64,000 bases of DNA from Rhodobiaceae bacterium (GTDB lineage Bacteria; Pseudomonadota; Alphaproteobacteria; Puniceispirillales; Puniceispirillaceae). Shown here one piece after another: positions 28,763 through 38,426 of the stretch; position 1 is the stretch's first letter; every line of letters begins with the position of its first letter. The notes beneath the pieces were generated by a model. The model worked only from the letters and a program-made list of their open reading frames with translations, was not told the DNA's origin and ran no database searches. The stretch covers positions 7,750-71,749 of the forward strand of contig JAYQDX010000001.1 in NCBI GenBank assembly GCA_038138545.1, in the 5' to 3' direction. The translations under genes and the position numbers were made by a program.

Positions 28763-29442
28763 GCCGGGTTGTCCGGCAGACCGACAAGCCGGTCGGCCGC
28801 CCGCACGGTGTCATTCATCGCCGTCTCAAGGTCCCGCCGGTGCGCTTCCATGGTGTCACGATCGCCATTTTCCGGAGCGTCGACCGGGTCACCGATGACG
28901 AGGACGCCGCGTGACAGCGGCTTTGGAATGCGCATCCCGTCCCATCCCGGGGCGCGCCAGAACCTGTCCGTCGCCCAGGCAACCGGCACGATGGGCTTGC
29001 CGGACAGATGCGCCAGCGCTGTCGGTCCCATCGCCGCGGTGCGCGCCGGACCGCGCGGCCCGTCCGGGGTGATGGTGGCAACACGGCCCCGGTCAAGAAC
29101 CCGCTTCAGCCCGCGAAGGCCCGACAGCGCGTTGCGGTTCGAACTTCCCCAGACCGTCCTGACGCCAAGATGATTGACCGTATGCGCCAGCATCCGGCCA
29201 TCGGGATGTGGCGATTGCAAGGCCGTCATGGCGTGCCGCCGTGGCCACAGCCAGGGCATTGACAGAATATGCTCATGCCAGAAGACAAGGATGAATCCGT
29301 CATGATCTGCCAGCAGGGAACGCAACCCGGCCGGGTTGTCGGGTCGCCAGCGCACGGTGATCATCAGGCCGGCGACAATGGCGGCGGCAATCCAGCTGAG
29401 GCAGAACAGGCCGATCTTGGTACGTATCAAACGCTTCAGCAT
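28759..29442 (-). CDS. DUF374-type lysophospholipid acyltransferase family protein
   Basis: FWH, S.H.DG, GSS, TPDGPRGP, WD...IPKP; start trimmed to ATG 29442. Confidence 0.85.
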   Translation of the reverse strand: MLKRLIRTKIGLFCLSWIAAAIVAGLMITVRWRPDNPAGLRSLLADHDGFILVFWHEHILSMPWLWPRRHAMTALQSPHPDGRMLAHTVNHLGVRTVWGSSNRNALSGLRGLKRVLDRGRVATITPDGPRGPARTAAMGPTALAHLSGKPIVPVAWATDRFWRAPGWDGMRIPKPLSRGVLVIGDPVDAPENGDRDTMEAHRRDLETAMNDTVRAADRLVGLPDNPA

Positions 29443-29676
29443 AACGGGTCTGGCTGGTCCGGAAACAAACGCTGCCGGCGGGTTGAATAACATGCATGTC
29501 ATGGGTCCAGACTCAGGTGCGGTATCGCGATGGCTCGGCGACGATAACGGGTACCTGATCTGATTACGGTTTCCCCAAGCCAGCCTTGCGGTTATAACCG
29601 GCATGCCGGTGTCCGTCCAGTTGACAGGCTGGATCATCCGTCGGCCGCTTCATTCCGCAACCCCACCGGGGGCTTC

Positions 29677-30765
29677 ATGATCATGGCGTTGCAGCACGAC
29701 CTTCTGGCGGATACGCAAGGCACCCGTCCCCGCCTTCTCATCGTCCAGCCGCTTGTCGGTATAGGCGATATGGTGTGGCACAAGCCTTGGATTGATCATC
29801 TCGCGGCGCATTTCGAGGTGATTCTGGCCTGCAAGCCGACGGCAAAGGCCCCTGTTCTTTTCAGTGGTACCGACGGCATCATCGACTGGATCTCCATCGA
29901 ACGCTCGCTTCGCGGCAAGACAGGCCGGCATGACGGGCCGCTTGGCCTGCTGCGGCTCGCCGCCGCCTTCCGGGCCAGCAACGCGGATCATGTGCTGATC
30001 ATGCATCACAGCGCCACCTACGCGCTGGCGGCGCGGCTTGCCGGCATCCGGAATCGCTGGGGCTATGGCATTGGCGGCAGCCGGCGGTGGCTGAATTGCG
30101 GTGCCTGTCTGGGGCGTGACGCGCGCTATGAACACCCGACCCGCAAGCTTGCCCGCTTTGCATCAATGAACGGATTTGGTCTTGCCAGCCCGAGCTGGCG
30201 CATGCCACCAACCGGTGCGGCGCAGCGCGCCGCCAACAGCTGGTGCGATGATCTCGGCATTCCGGCGTTTGGTGCGACCGGCGATGGGCTTCGCGATATG
30301 GTGGTCATGGGTGTCGGCGCGATGGATGATGAACGCAAATGGCCACCGGCGCATTTCGCCGCGCTGGCAGCGCGTCTCAGGGCGCACGCGCCGGCCACGC
30401 GGATTCTGGTGATGGGCGCGCCGTCCGAACAGCCGATCATCGATGCCGTGCTGGCCGATCCCGCGGCGCCTGCCGGGCTGATCCCGAATACCGCGCCGCT
30501 GGACGAGGCGATCGCGCTGATCAACGCGGCACGGCTTTATGTCGGCAATGATACCAGCCTGCTGAACATCGCCGCCGCCTGCGGCCGGCCGGCGGCCGGG
30601 ATTTTTGCGCAATCGACGCCCTTGGATTATAGTGACGCGATCATACCGATAGCCGAGCCTGACGGCAGGTTCGGTGAACCCGGGGCCATTGCCCGCATCA
30701 GCGCGGCGCAGGCCTTTGATGTCGTCGCCACCGAGCTGGACCGCCAGCTGGCGGCGGGAAATTAA
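29677..30765 (+). CDS. Glycosyltransferase family 9 (LPS heptosyltransferase-like)
   Basis: GIGDMV, KWP..HF, VGNDTSLLNIAAA. Confidence 0.88.
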   Translation: MIMALQHDLLADTQGTRPRLLIVQPLVGIGDMVWHKPWIDHLAAHFEVILACKPTAKAPVLFSGTDGIIDWISIERSLRGKTGRHDGPLGLLRLAAAFRASNADHVLIMHHSATYALAARLAGIRNRWGYGIGGSRRWLNCGACLGRDARYEHPTRKLARFASMNGFGLASPSWRMPPTGAAQRAANSWCDDLGIPAFGATGDGLRDMVVMGVGAMDDERKWPPAHFAALAARLRAHAPATRILVMGAPSEQPIIDAVLADPAAPAGLIPNTAPLDEAIALINAARLYVGNDTSLLNIAAACGRPAAGIFAQSTPLDYSDAIIPIAEPDGRFGEPGAIARISAAQAFDVVATELDRQLAAGN

Positions 30766-30805
30766 TGTCGACCTTGCCGCGGCATGGCAGAACAGGATCG
30801 TTTTC

Positions 30806-32632
30806 TTGACGTCTTCCGCCAATTCCACCTCACCGAGCAGACCCTCCGCGAGCAATGCCCCGCCGGCAACGCCGGATAGCCGCGCCATCCTGCGGCGGCT
30901 GTGGGGCGGGTGGGTGCGCCCCTATCTGGGACGGCTGCTGGTCGCTTTTGCGTTGATGGCGGTTGTCGCCGGCTCTGCCTCCGCCTATCCGCTGCTGACG
31001 CGCTATATTTTCAACGCGCTGGCCGATGGCCGCGCCGCCGAGGTGATCTGGCTTGCCCCGCCGGCGATCATTCTTCTGGCGCTGGTCAAGGGGCTGGCGC
31101 TGTTCGCACAGACGGTACAGGTCAATGCGCTGGCGCTGCGGGTCACCACCGACCTGCAGAAGGACATGGCACGGACGCTGATCGAGGCCGATCTGGCGGT
31201 GCTGTCGCGCGAGCCGGCGGGCGCCTTCATGTCGCGGATCATGAATGACCTGAACCTTGTCCGCGAGGCGGCGGTGCGGCTGGCCAACAATCTGGTGCGT
31301 GACGTGCTGACGGTGATCGTCCTGATTGGCGCGATGCTGTGGCTGGACTGGCTGTTGGCGATCATCGTGCTGCTTGTCTACCCGCTGGCGATGCAGCCGA
31401 TCATCCGCATCGGCACCCGCCAGCGGCGCGCCTCGGGGAATCTCCAGGAACATATGGAGGATGTGACCTCGCTGCTTGCCGAAACATTGCAGGGCGCGCG
31501 GATGGTCAAGGCGTATCAGCTTGAATCTGCTGAAACCGAGCGCACGAAGTCGGCCTTTGACGGACTCTATGCGCGGCTTGTCGGGCTGCTGACCGGGCGT
31601 GCCAAGATCGACCCGATCCTCGAGGTGGTTGGCGGTGTCGCCGTCGGTGGTGTGATCGCGCTGGCCGGCTGGCGGGTGGCCAATGGCCTGCTTCAGGTCG
31701 GCGATGTGATTGCCTTCATCACCACGCTGATCCTGCTGGTGCAGCCGGTTCGCGGAATCGGCACGCTGAACGCCGTGACGCAGGAGGCGCTTGCCGCCGC
31801 CGAACGCGTGCTGGCACTGCTGGACCGGCCACGGCTGGTTGCCGACCGGCCGGGCGCGACCGACCTCGGCCCGGCGGCCGGTGAGGTCAGCTTCGAGGAT
31901 GTCGGCTTTGCCTATGATACCACCTCGCAGGATGGCCCACCGGCGCTGAGCAACGTCAGCTTCACCGCGCATCGCGGCGAGACCGTGGCGCTTGTCGGGC
32001 CAAGCGGTGCCGGCAAGAGCTCGGTGATCAATCTGTTGCCGCGCTTCTTCGACCGGACCGCCGGCACGATCACCATCGATGGCACCGACATCGCGGCGGT
32101 AACGCTGGACAGCCTGCGCCGCAATGTGGCGCTGGTCAGCCAGGATGCGGTGCTGTTCGATGATACGATCGCCGCCAATATCGGATTTGGTCGCGCCGGT
32201 GCGACGCGTGAGGAGATCGAGGCGGCGGCACGGGCGGCGGCGGCGCATGAGTTCATCATGGCGCTTGATGATGGCTATGACACACCGGTCGGTGCCATGG
32301 GCAACCGGCTCTCCGGCGGTCAGCGGCAACGCATCTCGATAGCCCGCGCGATGCTGAAGGACGCGCCGATCCTGCTTCTTGACGAGGCGACAGCGGCGCT
32401 TGATGCCGATTCCGAACAGCAGGTCCAGGCCGCGCTGGCGCGTCTGCAATCCGGCCGGACGACGCTTGTCGTGGCGCACCGGCTGTCGACAATCCGCGAT
32501 GCCGACAGGATTCTGGTGATGGAGGATGGCACCATCGTCGAGCGCGGCACGCATGATGACTTGCTGGCGGCTGACGGGCTCTATGCGCGGCTGTGCCGGC
32601 TGCAGTCGCTTGGCGGCCGGGCCGAGGGCTGA
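30806..32632 (+). CDS. msbA: MsbA-like lipid ABC exporter (TMD+NBD)
   Basis: Six-TM domain, GPSGAGKS, LSGGQRQR, LLLDEAT, AHRLST; within the lipid A cluster; TTG start estimated. Confidence 0.85.
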   Translation: MTSSANSTSPSRPSASNAPPATPDSRAILRRLWGGWVRPYLGRLLVAFALMAVVAGSASAYPLLTRYIFNALADGRAAEVIWLAPPAIILLALVKGLALFAQTVQVNALALRVTTDLQKDMARTLIEADLAVLSREPAGAFMSRIMNDLNLVREAAVRLANNLVRDVLTVIVLIGAMLWLDWLLAIIVLLVYPLAMQPIIRIGTRQRRASGNLQEHMEDVTSLLAETLQGARMVKAYQLESAETERTKSAFDGLYARLVGLLTGRAKIDPILEVVGGVAVGGVIALAGWRVANGLLQVGDVIAFITTLILLVQPVRGIGTLNAVTQEALAAAERVLALLDRPRLVADRPGATDLGPAAGEVSFEDVGFAYDTTSQDGPPALSNVSFTAHRGETVALVGPSGAGKSSVINLLPRFFDRTAGTITIDGTDIAAVTLDSLRRNVALVSQDAVLFDDTIAANIGFGRAGATREEIEAAARAAAAHEFIMALDDGYDTPVGAMGNRLSGGQRQRISIARAMLKDAPILLLDEATAALDADSEQQVQAALARLQSGRTTLVVAHRLSTIRDADRILVMEDGTIVERGTHDDLLAADGLYARLCRLQSLGGRAEG

Positions 32633-32638
32633 TCCCGG

Positions 32639-33298
32639 CTATTCACGCCTCAGGATACTGTCGGTCAGGCGCACCGCCCATCCTCGTGCCTGAAACCGGC
32701 GGGTGACCTCGTCAGGGTCGTAGACATTGTCCACCCAGTCGAAAAACGCCATCCCCTGATCCTCATAGGGGGCATAGGCTGCGAAGAAGGCGTCGAGAAG
32801 ACCGGTCTTGGCCTGTTTGACATGGCCATATTTCCAGGCCAGCTGCGCCGCTGCCTCGCGGACCGGACGCTCCTCGACAATCAGCAGATACAGCGCCGAC
32901 ATAAGCCCGGCGCGGTCGGCGCCGGATTTGCAATGCATCAGGGCCGGAAGCCGCGTCTCGGCAAACAGATGTCTTGCGGCATGAAGCATGGCCCTGTCGG
33001 GCGCGGCGCGGGAGCGGGCGGTAAAATCAAGCAGGGTGATGCCGGCAGCCTTGCAGGCTTCGGCCTCAAGCTGCCAGCCCCCATCGCTTCGCGGACCACG
33101 AAGATTGATCACCGTGCGGATGCCGGCGGCGGCGGCGGCATGGATCCGCGATGGCCCGGGCTGGTTCGACCGGTACATGCCGGGCGCCACCAGGTGATGG
33201 TTGTGCCACCAGATTCGCAGGAATCCGTGATCCTTGAAAATCAGCTCCATCCAGTCGCGCATGCCGCGGCGCGCGCCCGGCGGGGCGGCAAAGATCAT
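32639..33298 (-). CDS. Dual-specificity / protein-tyrosine phosphatase family protein
   Basis: YRSNQP, TVINLRG, HCKSGADRAG (CX5R). Confidence 0.88.
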   Translation of the reverse strand: MIFAAPPGARRGMRDWMELIFKDHGFLRIWWHNHHLVAPGMYRSNQPGPSRIHAAAAAGIRTVINLRGPRSDGGWQLEAEACKAAGITLLDFTARSRAAPDRAMLHAARHLFAETRLPALMHCKSGADRAGLMSALYLLIVEERPVREAAAQLAWKYGHVKQAKTGLLDAFFAAYAPYEDQGMAFFDWVDNVYDPDEVTRRFQARGWAVRLTDSILRRE

Positions 33299-34632
33299 GA
33301 TCCGGCCACCATCATGCCCTCGACGCGAAGCGACGGTGCGGCGGTGCTGCGCCGCATGTCGATATCATCGGCGCGGGTGATGGCCATGAACATGTCCCTC
33401 AGATTGCCGGCGATGGTCGCCTCGGCCACCGGATAGGTCACCTTGCCGTTGCTGATCCAGAAACCGCCGGCACCGCGGCTGTAATCGCCGGTGATCATGT
33501 CGACCGAGCTTCCCATCATCTCGGTGACAAGAAACCCTTCCTCGATATCGGCGATCAGATCATGAAAGCTCATATCGCCATTTTCCAGATAGAAATTGCT
33601 GCTCCCGGGTGCCGGTGCGCTGCCCATGCCGCGCGCCGCCTGACCGGTCGGGGCCAGGCCAAGCTTGGTGGCCGAGGCGATATCGAGGAACCAGCTTTTC
33701 AGCACCCCGTCCTCGACCATGGCGCGGCGACTCACCGGCAGGCCCTCGCCGTCGAACAGCCTTGTCGCCATGCCGCGCGGGCGCAGCGGATCATCGATGA
33801 AGGTCAGGCCGGGGCTGGTGACCTGCTCGCCCATGCTGTCCTTCAGGAAACTGGTCCCGCGCGCGATCGACGCGCCGTTGATGGCACCGGCAAGTGTGCC
33901 GACAAGCGATCCCGCCACGCGCTGGTGATAGACAACCGGGAACTGGCCGGTCTGCGGTTTGCGTGGGCCGAGCCTTGCGAGGGTGCGTTCGGCGGCGCTG
34001 GCACCGACATCCGCGGCCGGGTCCAGATCCGCGCCGAAGACGGCGGCCGTGTAATCATAGTCGCGCTCCATCGCACCGTCCTTTTCGGCGATGACGACGG
34101 CGGAAATGCCCTGCGACGAGCGGCGGTAATCGGCGCTGAACCCGTTGGTGGTGGCGATCATCACATGGGTGACGCCATGACTTGCCGAGCCGCCATCGGA
34201 ATTGGTGATGCCCTCGACCGCCAGCGCGGCAGCCTCGGCCGTCAGAGCGGTTTCGGTCAGATGTTCGACCGTCGGCACCTCGGGGTCGTAGATTTCGACC
34301 TGTGGTATCTCGGAGGCGATCTCGTCGGCGGTGGCAAGCCTGACATAGGGGTCTTCCGGTGCCATTTTCGCCATCGCCACGGCGCGCGCCGCCAGCGTGC
34401 GGATGGTCTCGCTGTCAAGCTGGCTGGTCGAGACCGAGGCGTTGCGCTGGCCGACAAAGACCCGCAGGGCGGCCTCGACCTCCTCCGACCGTTCGCTTGA
34501 TTCAACCTTGCCAAGCCGCACCGATACAGAGGTGCCTTCGCTGCGGGCGACGCCGGCGTCTGCCCCGTCGGCGCCGGCAGACCGCGCGGCGTCGAGGAGT
34601 TCGGAAATCAGATGTTCATCAACAGTGCTCAT
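33295..34632 (-). CDS. pmbA: PmbA/TldE protein
   Basis: RDYDY, GTSFL, DDP, FDGEG, TGDYSRGA.G, TIAGNL; no HEXXXH. Confidence 0.93.
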   Translation of the reverse strand: MSTVDEHLISELLDAARSAGADGADAGVARSEGTSVSVRLGKVESSERSEEVEAALRVFVGQRNASVSTSQLDSETIRTLAARAVAMAKMAPEDPYVRLATADEIASEIPQVEIYDPEVPTVEHLTETALTAEAAALAVEGITNSDGGSASHGVTHVMIATTNGFSADYRRSSQGISAVVIAEKDGAMERDYDYTAAVFGADLDPAADVGASAAERTLARLGPRKPQTGQFPVVYHQRVAGSLVGTLAGAINGASIARGTSFLKDSMGEQVTSPGLTFIDDPLRPRGMATRLFDGEGLPVSRRAMVEDGVLKSWFLDIASATKLGLAPTGQAARGMGSAPAPGSSNFYLENGDMSFHDLIADIEEGFLVTEMMGSSVDMITGDYSRGAGGFWISNGKVTYPVAEATIAGNLRDMFMAITRADDIDMRRSTAAPSLRVEGMMVAGS

Positions 34633-34642
34633 AACGCTTCCC

Positions 34643-34670
34643 AGATATAGGGTGAGTGCCGACGTTTCAA
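34643..34670 (-). promoter_or_regulatory. Sigma32 (RpoH)-like promoter of pmbA
   Basis: TTGAAA-N14-CTATATCT. Confidence 0.4.
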
Positions 34671-34708
34671 CCGGGGCGCCGCCACAATAACCACTCTTAT
34701 AGCCATCC

Positions 34709-34737
34709 TTGCAAGGGGCGGCCATTCCGTTTATGAC
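34709..34737 (+). promoter_or_regulatory. argC promoter (predicted leaderless)
   Basis: TTGCAA-N17-TATGAC-N6-ATG, no SD. Confidence 0.5.
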
Positions 34738-34743
34738 ACCGCG

Positions 34744-35691
34744 ATGACCTATCGCATTTTCATCGATGGCGGGGCCGGCACGACCGGCCTGCAGGTTCAT
34801 GACCGGCTGGCGGCGCATCCGCGTGTCGAGCCTGTTGTGCTGGATGACGCGCGGCGCAAGGATGCAGGCGCGCGGCGCGCGATGATGGGTGACTGCGATC
34901 TGACGATCCTGTGTCTTCCCGATGATTCGGCGCGCCAGTCAGCCGCCATGGCGTCGGAGGTTGGCGCGCGGGTGATCGATGCCTCGTCGGCGCACCGGAC
35001 GGCCGAGGAATGGGCCTACGGGTTTGCCGAGCTTGCCGCCGATATCCGCGCAGACATTGCCGAAGCACGCCAGATCAGCAATCCGGGTTGCTATCCGACC
35101 GGATTTCTGGCGATGGCGCGCCCGCTGATCGATGCCGGGCTGCTGCCAGCCGATGCGGCGCTCACCGTGCCGGCAGTGTCCGGCTATAGCGGCGGCGGCA
35201 AGGGCATGATCGCGCGGCATGAGGATGGCGATCTGCCGCCGCATGGTGCCTATGGCCTGGCGCTGGCGCACAAGCATCTTCCCGAAATGACGCATTACGC
35301 CGGGTTGACGACGTCGCCGATCTTCATGCCGTCGGTCGGATCCTTCTATGCCGGCATGCTTGTTCATCTGCCGCTTCACGCCGCGCAGCTGACAAAATCC
35401 GTGACGGTGGCCGACCTGTATGACGCACTTGCGACGCATTACGAAAATACGCAATTTGTGCGTATGGGTGCGGCGCGTGCCGGCGCGCCGGAGACGGCGG
35501 CACTGATGCTGGATGCGTCGGCGCTTGCCGGAAGCGATTATCTTGAGCTGTTTGTCTTTGCCAATGAGGATGCCAGCCAGTTCTGGCTGACCGCGCGGCT
35601 CGACAATCTTGGCAAGGGGGCGTCGGGCGCGGCGGTTCAGAATATGAATATCGCGCTGGGATTCGACGAGACCACCGGCCTTTTGGTCTGA
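34744..35691 (+). CDS. argC: N-acetyl-gamma-glutamyl-phosphate reductase (type 2)
   Basis: IDG..GTTGL, DASSAHR, NPGCYPTG, SGYSGGG, DNLGKGASGAAVQN. Confidence 0.96.
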   Translation: MTYRIFIDGGAGTTGLQVHDRLAAHPRVEPVVLDDARRKDAGARRAMMGDCDLTILCLPDDSARQSAAMASEVGARVIDASSAHRTAEEWAYGFAELAADIRADIAEARQISNPGCYPTGFLAMARPLIDAGLLPADAALTVPAVSGYSGGGKGMIARHEDGDLPPHGAYGLALAHKHLPEMTHYAGLTTSPIFMPSVGSFYAGMLVHLPLHAAQLTKSVTVADLYDALATHYENTQFVRMGAARAGAPETAALMLDASALAGSDYLELFVFANEDASQFWLTARLDNLGKGASGAAVQNMNIALGFDETTGLLV

Positions 35692-35701
35692 CGGGGGCAC
35701 C

Positions 35702-36514
35702 GTGACCGCGCCGCTGGATGATACATACCTTGCCGCGCAGTCCGAGGTGCAGCGCGCCACCGATTATCCCTATGCCGCGCCGGAGGGGGCCTTTGTCCTG
35801 AAGGCGGGCCGGCTGAGCGCACTGGATGATCCGGCGCTGCTTGCCGGCCGCACGGCGGTGTTGTCGGTCGGCTCGAACCGCGCCCCGGTGCAGCTTCGCC
35901 GCAAGTTCGGCGATGATGCCATCCTGCCGGTGACACCGGCCATCCTTCATGATTGCGATATCGTCCATGCGGCGACGGTCAGCTATTACGGCGCCGTATC
36001 CTGCACCGCCTTTCCGTCACGCGGGACCGATGTGATGCTGAATGTCGCCTGGCTTGACGCGGCGCAGCTGGCGATCATGCACCGCACCGAGGCGATTGGT
36101 GTCGCCTATGATTATGTGCGGATGCTGACCGGCACGGTGACGCATCTTCCGGTGCCGAGCGCCGGTGGGGATATTGTCGCGCCGTCGCAGCCTGTCTTCG
36201 GGTACAGCGCGCGAAGCGGTGTTCTTGATCTTGGTGGCGGCCAGCCCGGCGGTCTCAGCCGCATTCCCGCCCGCAACCGGCAATTCCCGACGCTGGCGCA
36301 GGAGTCGGCGGCGGCGCTGGTCCAGGCTTTCATCACCGGGGTTGATCCGGCACTCGACCTTGGCGCGGACCGTAACCGGTTCATCGACCGGGTGACAGGT
36401 GACAAACCCTGCCGTCTGGCTGTCAATGAACATCTTCGCGGCCGTGCGATCCCGGCTGACGGGCCGTGGAAGGTGCAACAGGTTGAAGCTGGCGATATTG
36501 CGACGTTTCTGTGA
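35702..36514 (+). CDS. Hypothetical protein, possible gamma-glutamylcyclotransferase-like fold
   Basis: Fills the gap after argC; VLSVGSN resembles the GGCT YGSN loop; later TE...Y. Confidence 0.6.
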   Translation: MTAPLDDTYLAAQSEVQRATDYPYAAPEGAFVLKAGRLSALDDPALLAGRTAVLSVGSNRAPVQLRRKFGDDAILPVTPAILHDCDIVHAATVSYYGAVSCTAFPSRGTDVMLNVAWLDAAQLAIMHRTEAIGVAYDYVRMLTGTVTHLPVPSAGGDIVAPSQPVFGYSARSGVLDLGGGQPGGLSRIPARNRQFPTLAQESAAALVQAFITGVDPALDLGADRNRFIDRVTGDKPCRLAVNEHLRGRAIPADGPWKVQQVEAGDIATFL

Positions 36515-36517
36515 AGG

Positions 36518-37510
36518 CTAGCCGACCAGATGAGTCAGCACCATACCGGCGGTCAGGATCAGCCCGGCATCCCGGTTTGACTGGAACAGCCGCAGCGCGC
36601 CGGCCGGATCATCCGCCCGCAGACGCCGCAACTGCCAGCGCAGATGAATCGCCATGAATGCCAGCCCGCCAAGCCATGGCCCCGGCCCGATCAGCAGCCA
36701 GAAGCCGCCACCAAGCCCGAGAATGGCGAGGGCATAGGCTGCCGACACGCCGGCCTGAAGATACCTGCCAAACCCCAATGCCGAGGATTTGACCCCGGCG
36801 GCGCGGTCATCCTCCATATCCTGGACGGCATAGATCGTGTCATAGCCGAACACCCAGGCCACGCTGCCAAGATAGACCGCCAGCAGGGCCGGTGGTGGCA
36901 AGGCGGGTACCGACTCCATGCCCGCCGCCGCCCAGCCGAGCGGCACGCCCCATGAGAAGGTCAGGCCGAGAACGGCCTGCGGCCACCACGTCACGCGCTT
37001 GGCAAGCGGATAGAGGATGACAAGGGGCAGTGCGGCAATGCCGGTGATGATGGCGGCGCCGGGAAGCCGTACCAGTACGGCAAGTCCGATCAGCCCCAAA
37101 GCGGCCAGAAATGCCAGTGCGGCACCGACGCTCATGGTGCCGGCGGCGAGCGGCCGGCCGGCGGTGCGCTCGACGCGCCGGTCAAGCCGCCGGTCCCACA
37201 GATCATTGATCACGCAGCCGGCAGCGCGCGTCGTCACCGCGCCGACAAGGAACAGCATCATCAATTCAATCATCCGGCCGGTATCGCTGGTGGCTGCCGG
37301 TATGATCCACCATCCCGGCAGCAGCAGTAGCCACCATCCGATCGGCCGGTCGAAACGCGCCACCAGAATATAGGGATGAAACGGGCGCGGCAGGCGCCGC
37401 CACCAGCCGCGCGGGTCGATGTCGGTATGCCGATGGCGAGGCGCGTGATCGCCGTGAGGTGTCGGGGTGTGCCTGTCCTTCATACGCATCATCCTTAGCG
37501 CAATTGACAT
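36518..37510 (-). CDS. ubiA: 4-hydroxybenzoate polyprenyltransferase
   Basis: RFDRPIG, AGCVINDLWDR..D..VERT..RPL, YDTIYA.QD.EDD; start uncertain. Confidence 0.95.
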   Translation of the reverse strand: MSIALRMMRMKDRHTPTPHGDHAPRHRHTDIDPRGWWRRLPRPFHPYILVARFDRPIGWWLLLLPGWWIIPAATSDTGRMIELMMLFLVGAVTTRAAGCVINDLWDRRLDRRVERTAGRPLAAGTMSVGAALAFLAALGLIGLAVLVRLPGAAIITGIAALPLVILYPLAKRVTWWPQAVLGLTFSWGVPLGWAAAGMESVPALPPPALLAVYLGSVAWVFGYDTIYAVQDMEDDRAAGVKSSALGFGRYLQAGVSAAYALAILGLGGGFWLLIGPGPWLGGLAFMAIHLRWQLRRLRADDPAGALRLFQSNRDAGLILTAGMVLTHLVG

Positions 37511-37580
37511 CTCGCGTATAGCTGGACGGCCGCGCGGTGGCCGGGTTGTAAAGCGCTGGTGTCAGCCCTAAATGTGTCGA

Positions 37581-38330
37581 ATGAACGCATCAGCCGCCAG
37601 GGCCCGATTGTTCGTTTCCGACGAACTTGCCGCCGGTATCTCCATCCAGCCGTCACGCGAGCAGCAGCATTATCTGCTGAATGTGATGCGTTGCCGTGAT
37701 GGTGATCCGGTTCTGGTCTTCAATGGCCGTGACGGCGAATGGCAGACCGAGGTGCAACGCGAGGGACGACGCGATTGCCAGCTCCTCGTGCGCCACGAGA
37801 CACGCCGCCAGACATCAAGTCCGGATCTGTGGCTGCTGTTCGCGCCGGTGAAGAAGGCGCGGCTTGATTTCATCGCGCAGAAGGCCTCCGAGATGGGGTG
37901 CAGCCGTATCTGGCCGGTGCGCACGGACCATTGCCAGGTGTCACGGGTGAATGATGACCGCATGCTGGCCAACGCTGTCGAGGCGGCCGAGCAGACCGAA
38001 AGGCTGGATATCGCCGAGATCATGCCCTTCACCGACCTTGTGGCGGCACTTGATGCCTGCGAGGCGGATCGTCATATCATCTTTTGCGACGAAGCCAGCG
38101 CCGGGGCTGGCGACATGAATGCCGTCCGCGTGCTGACGGCGGCGGCACCTGTTGCGAAGGCGGCGATTGTCATCGGCCCCGAAGGCGGGTTTTCCGAGGA
38201 TGAACGGGTGCTGATCTCCAACCGTCAAAATAGTTTGAAACTTTCGCTCGGGCCGCGCATATTGCGCGCCGATACGGCGGCCATTGCGGCCCTTGCCTGT
38301 TTTCAATCGGTGTGTGGAGACTGGACCTGA
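37581..38330 (+). CDS. rsmE: 16S rRNA m3U1498 methyltransferase
   Basis: HYL.NVMR, QKASEMG, EAAEQ, IGPEGGF, LGPRILRADTA. Confidence 0.95.
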   Translation: MNASAARARLFVSDELAAGISIQPSREQQHYLLNVMRCRDGDPVLVFNGRDGEWQTEVQREGRRDCQLLVRHETRRQTSSPDLWLLFAPVKKARLDFIAQKASEMGCSRIWPVRTDHCQVSRVNDDRMLANAVEAAEQTERLDIAEIMPFTDLVAALDACEADRHIIFCDEASAGAGDMNAVRVLTAAAPVAKAAIVIGPEGGFSEDERVLISNRQNSLKLSLGPRILRADTAAIAALACFQSVCGDWT

Positions 38331-38426
38331 TGCCGGGCACCCTGAACCGGCCCGGCCAGCCCCCCACCATCAGTCCGACGCTCCGGGCCGCAATATGCGG
38401 AGCGTCACGCATGGGACGAAACCGCC

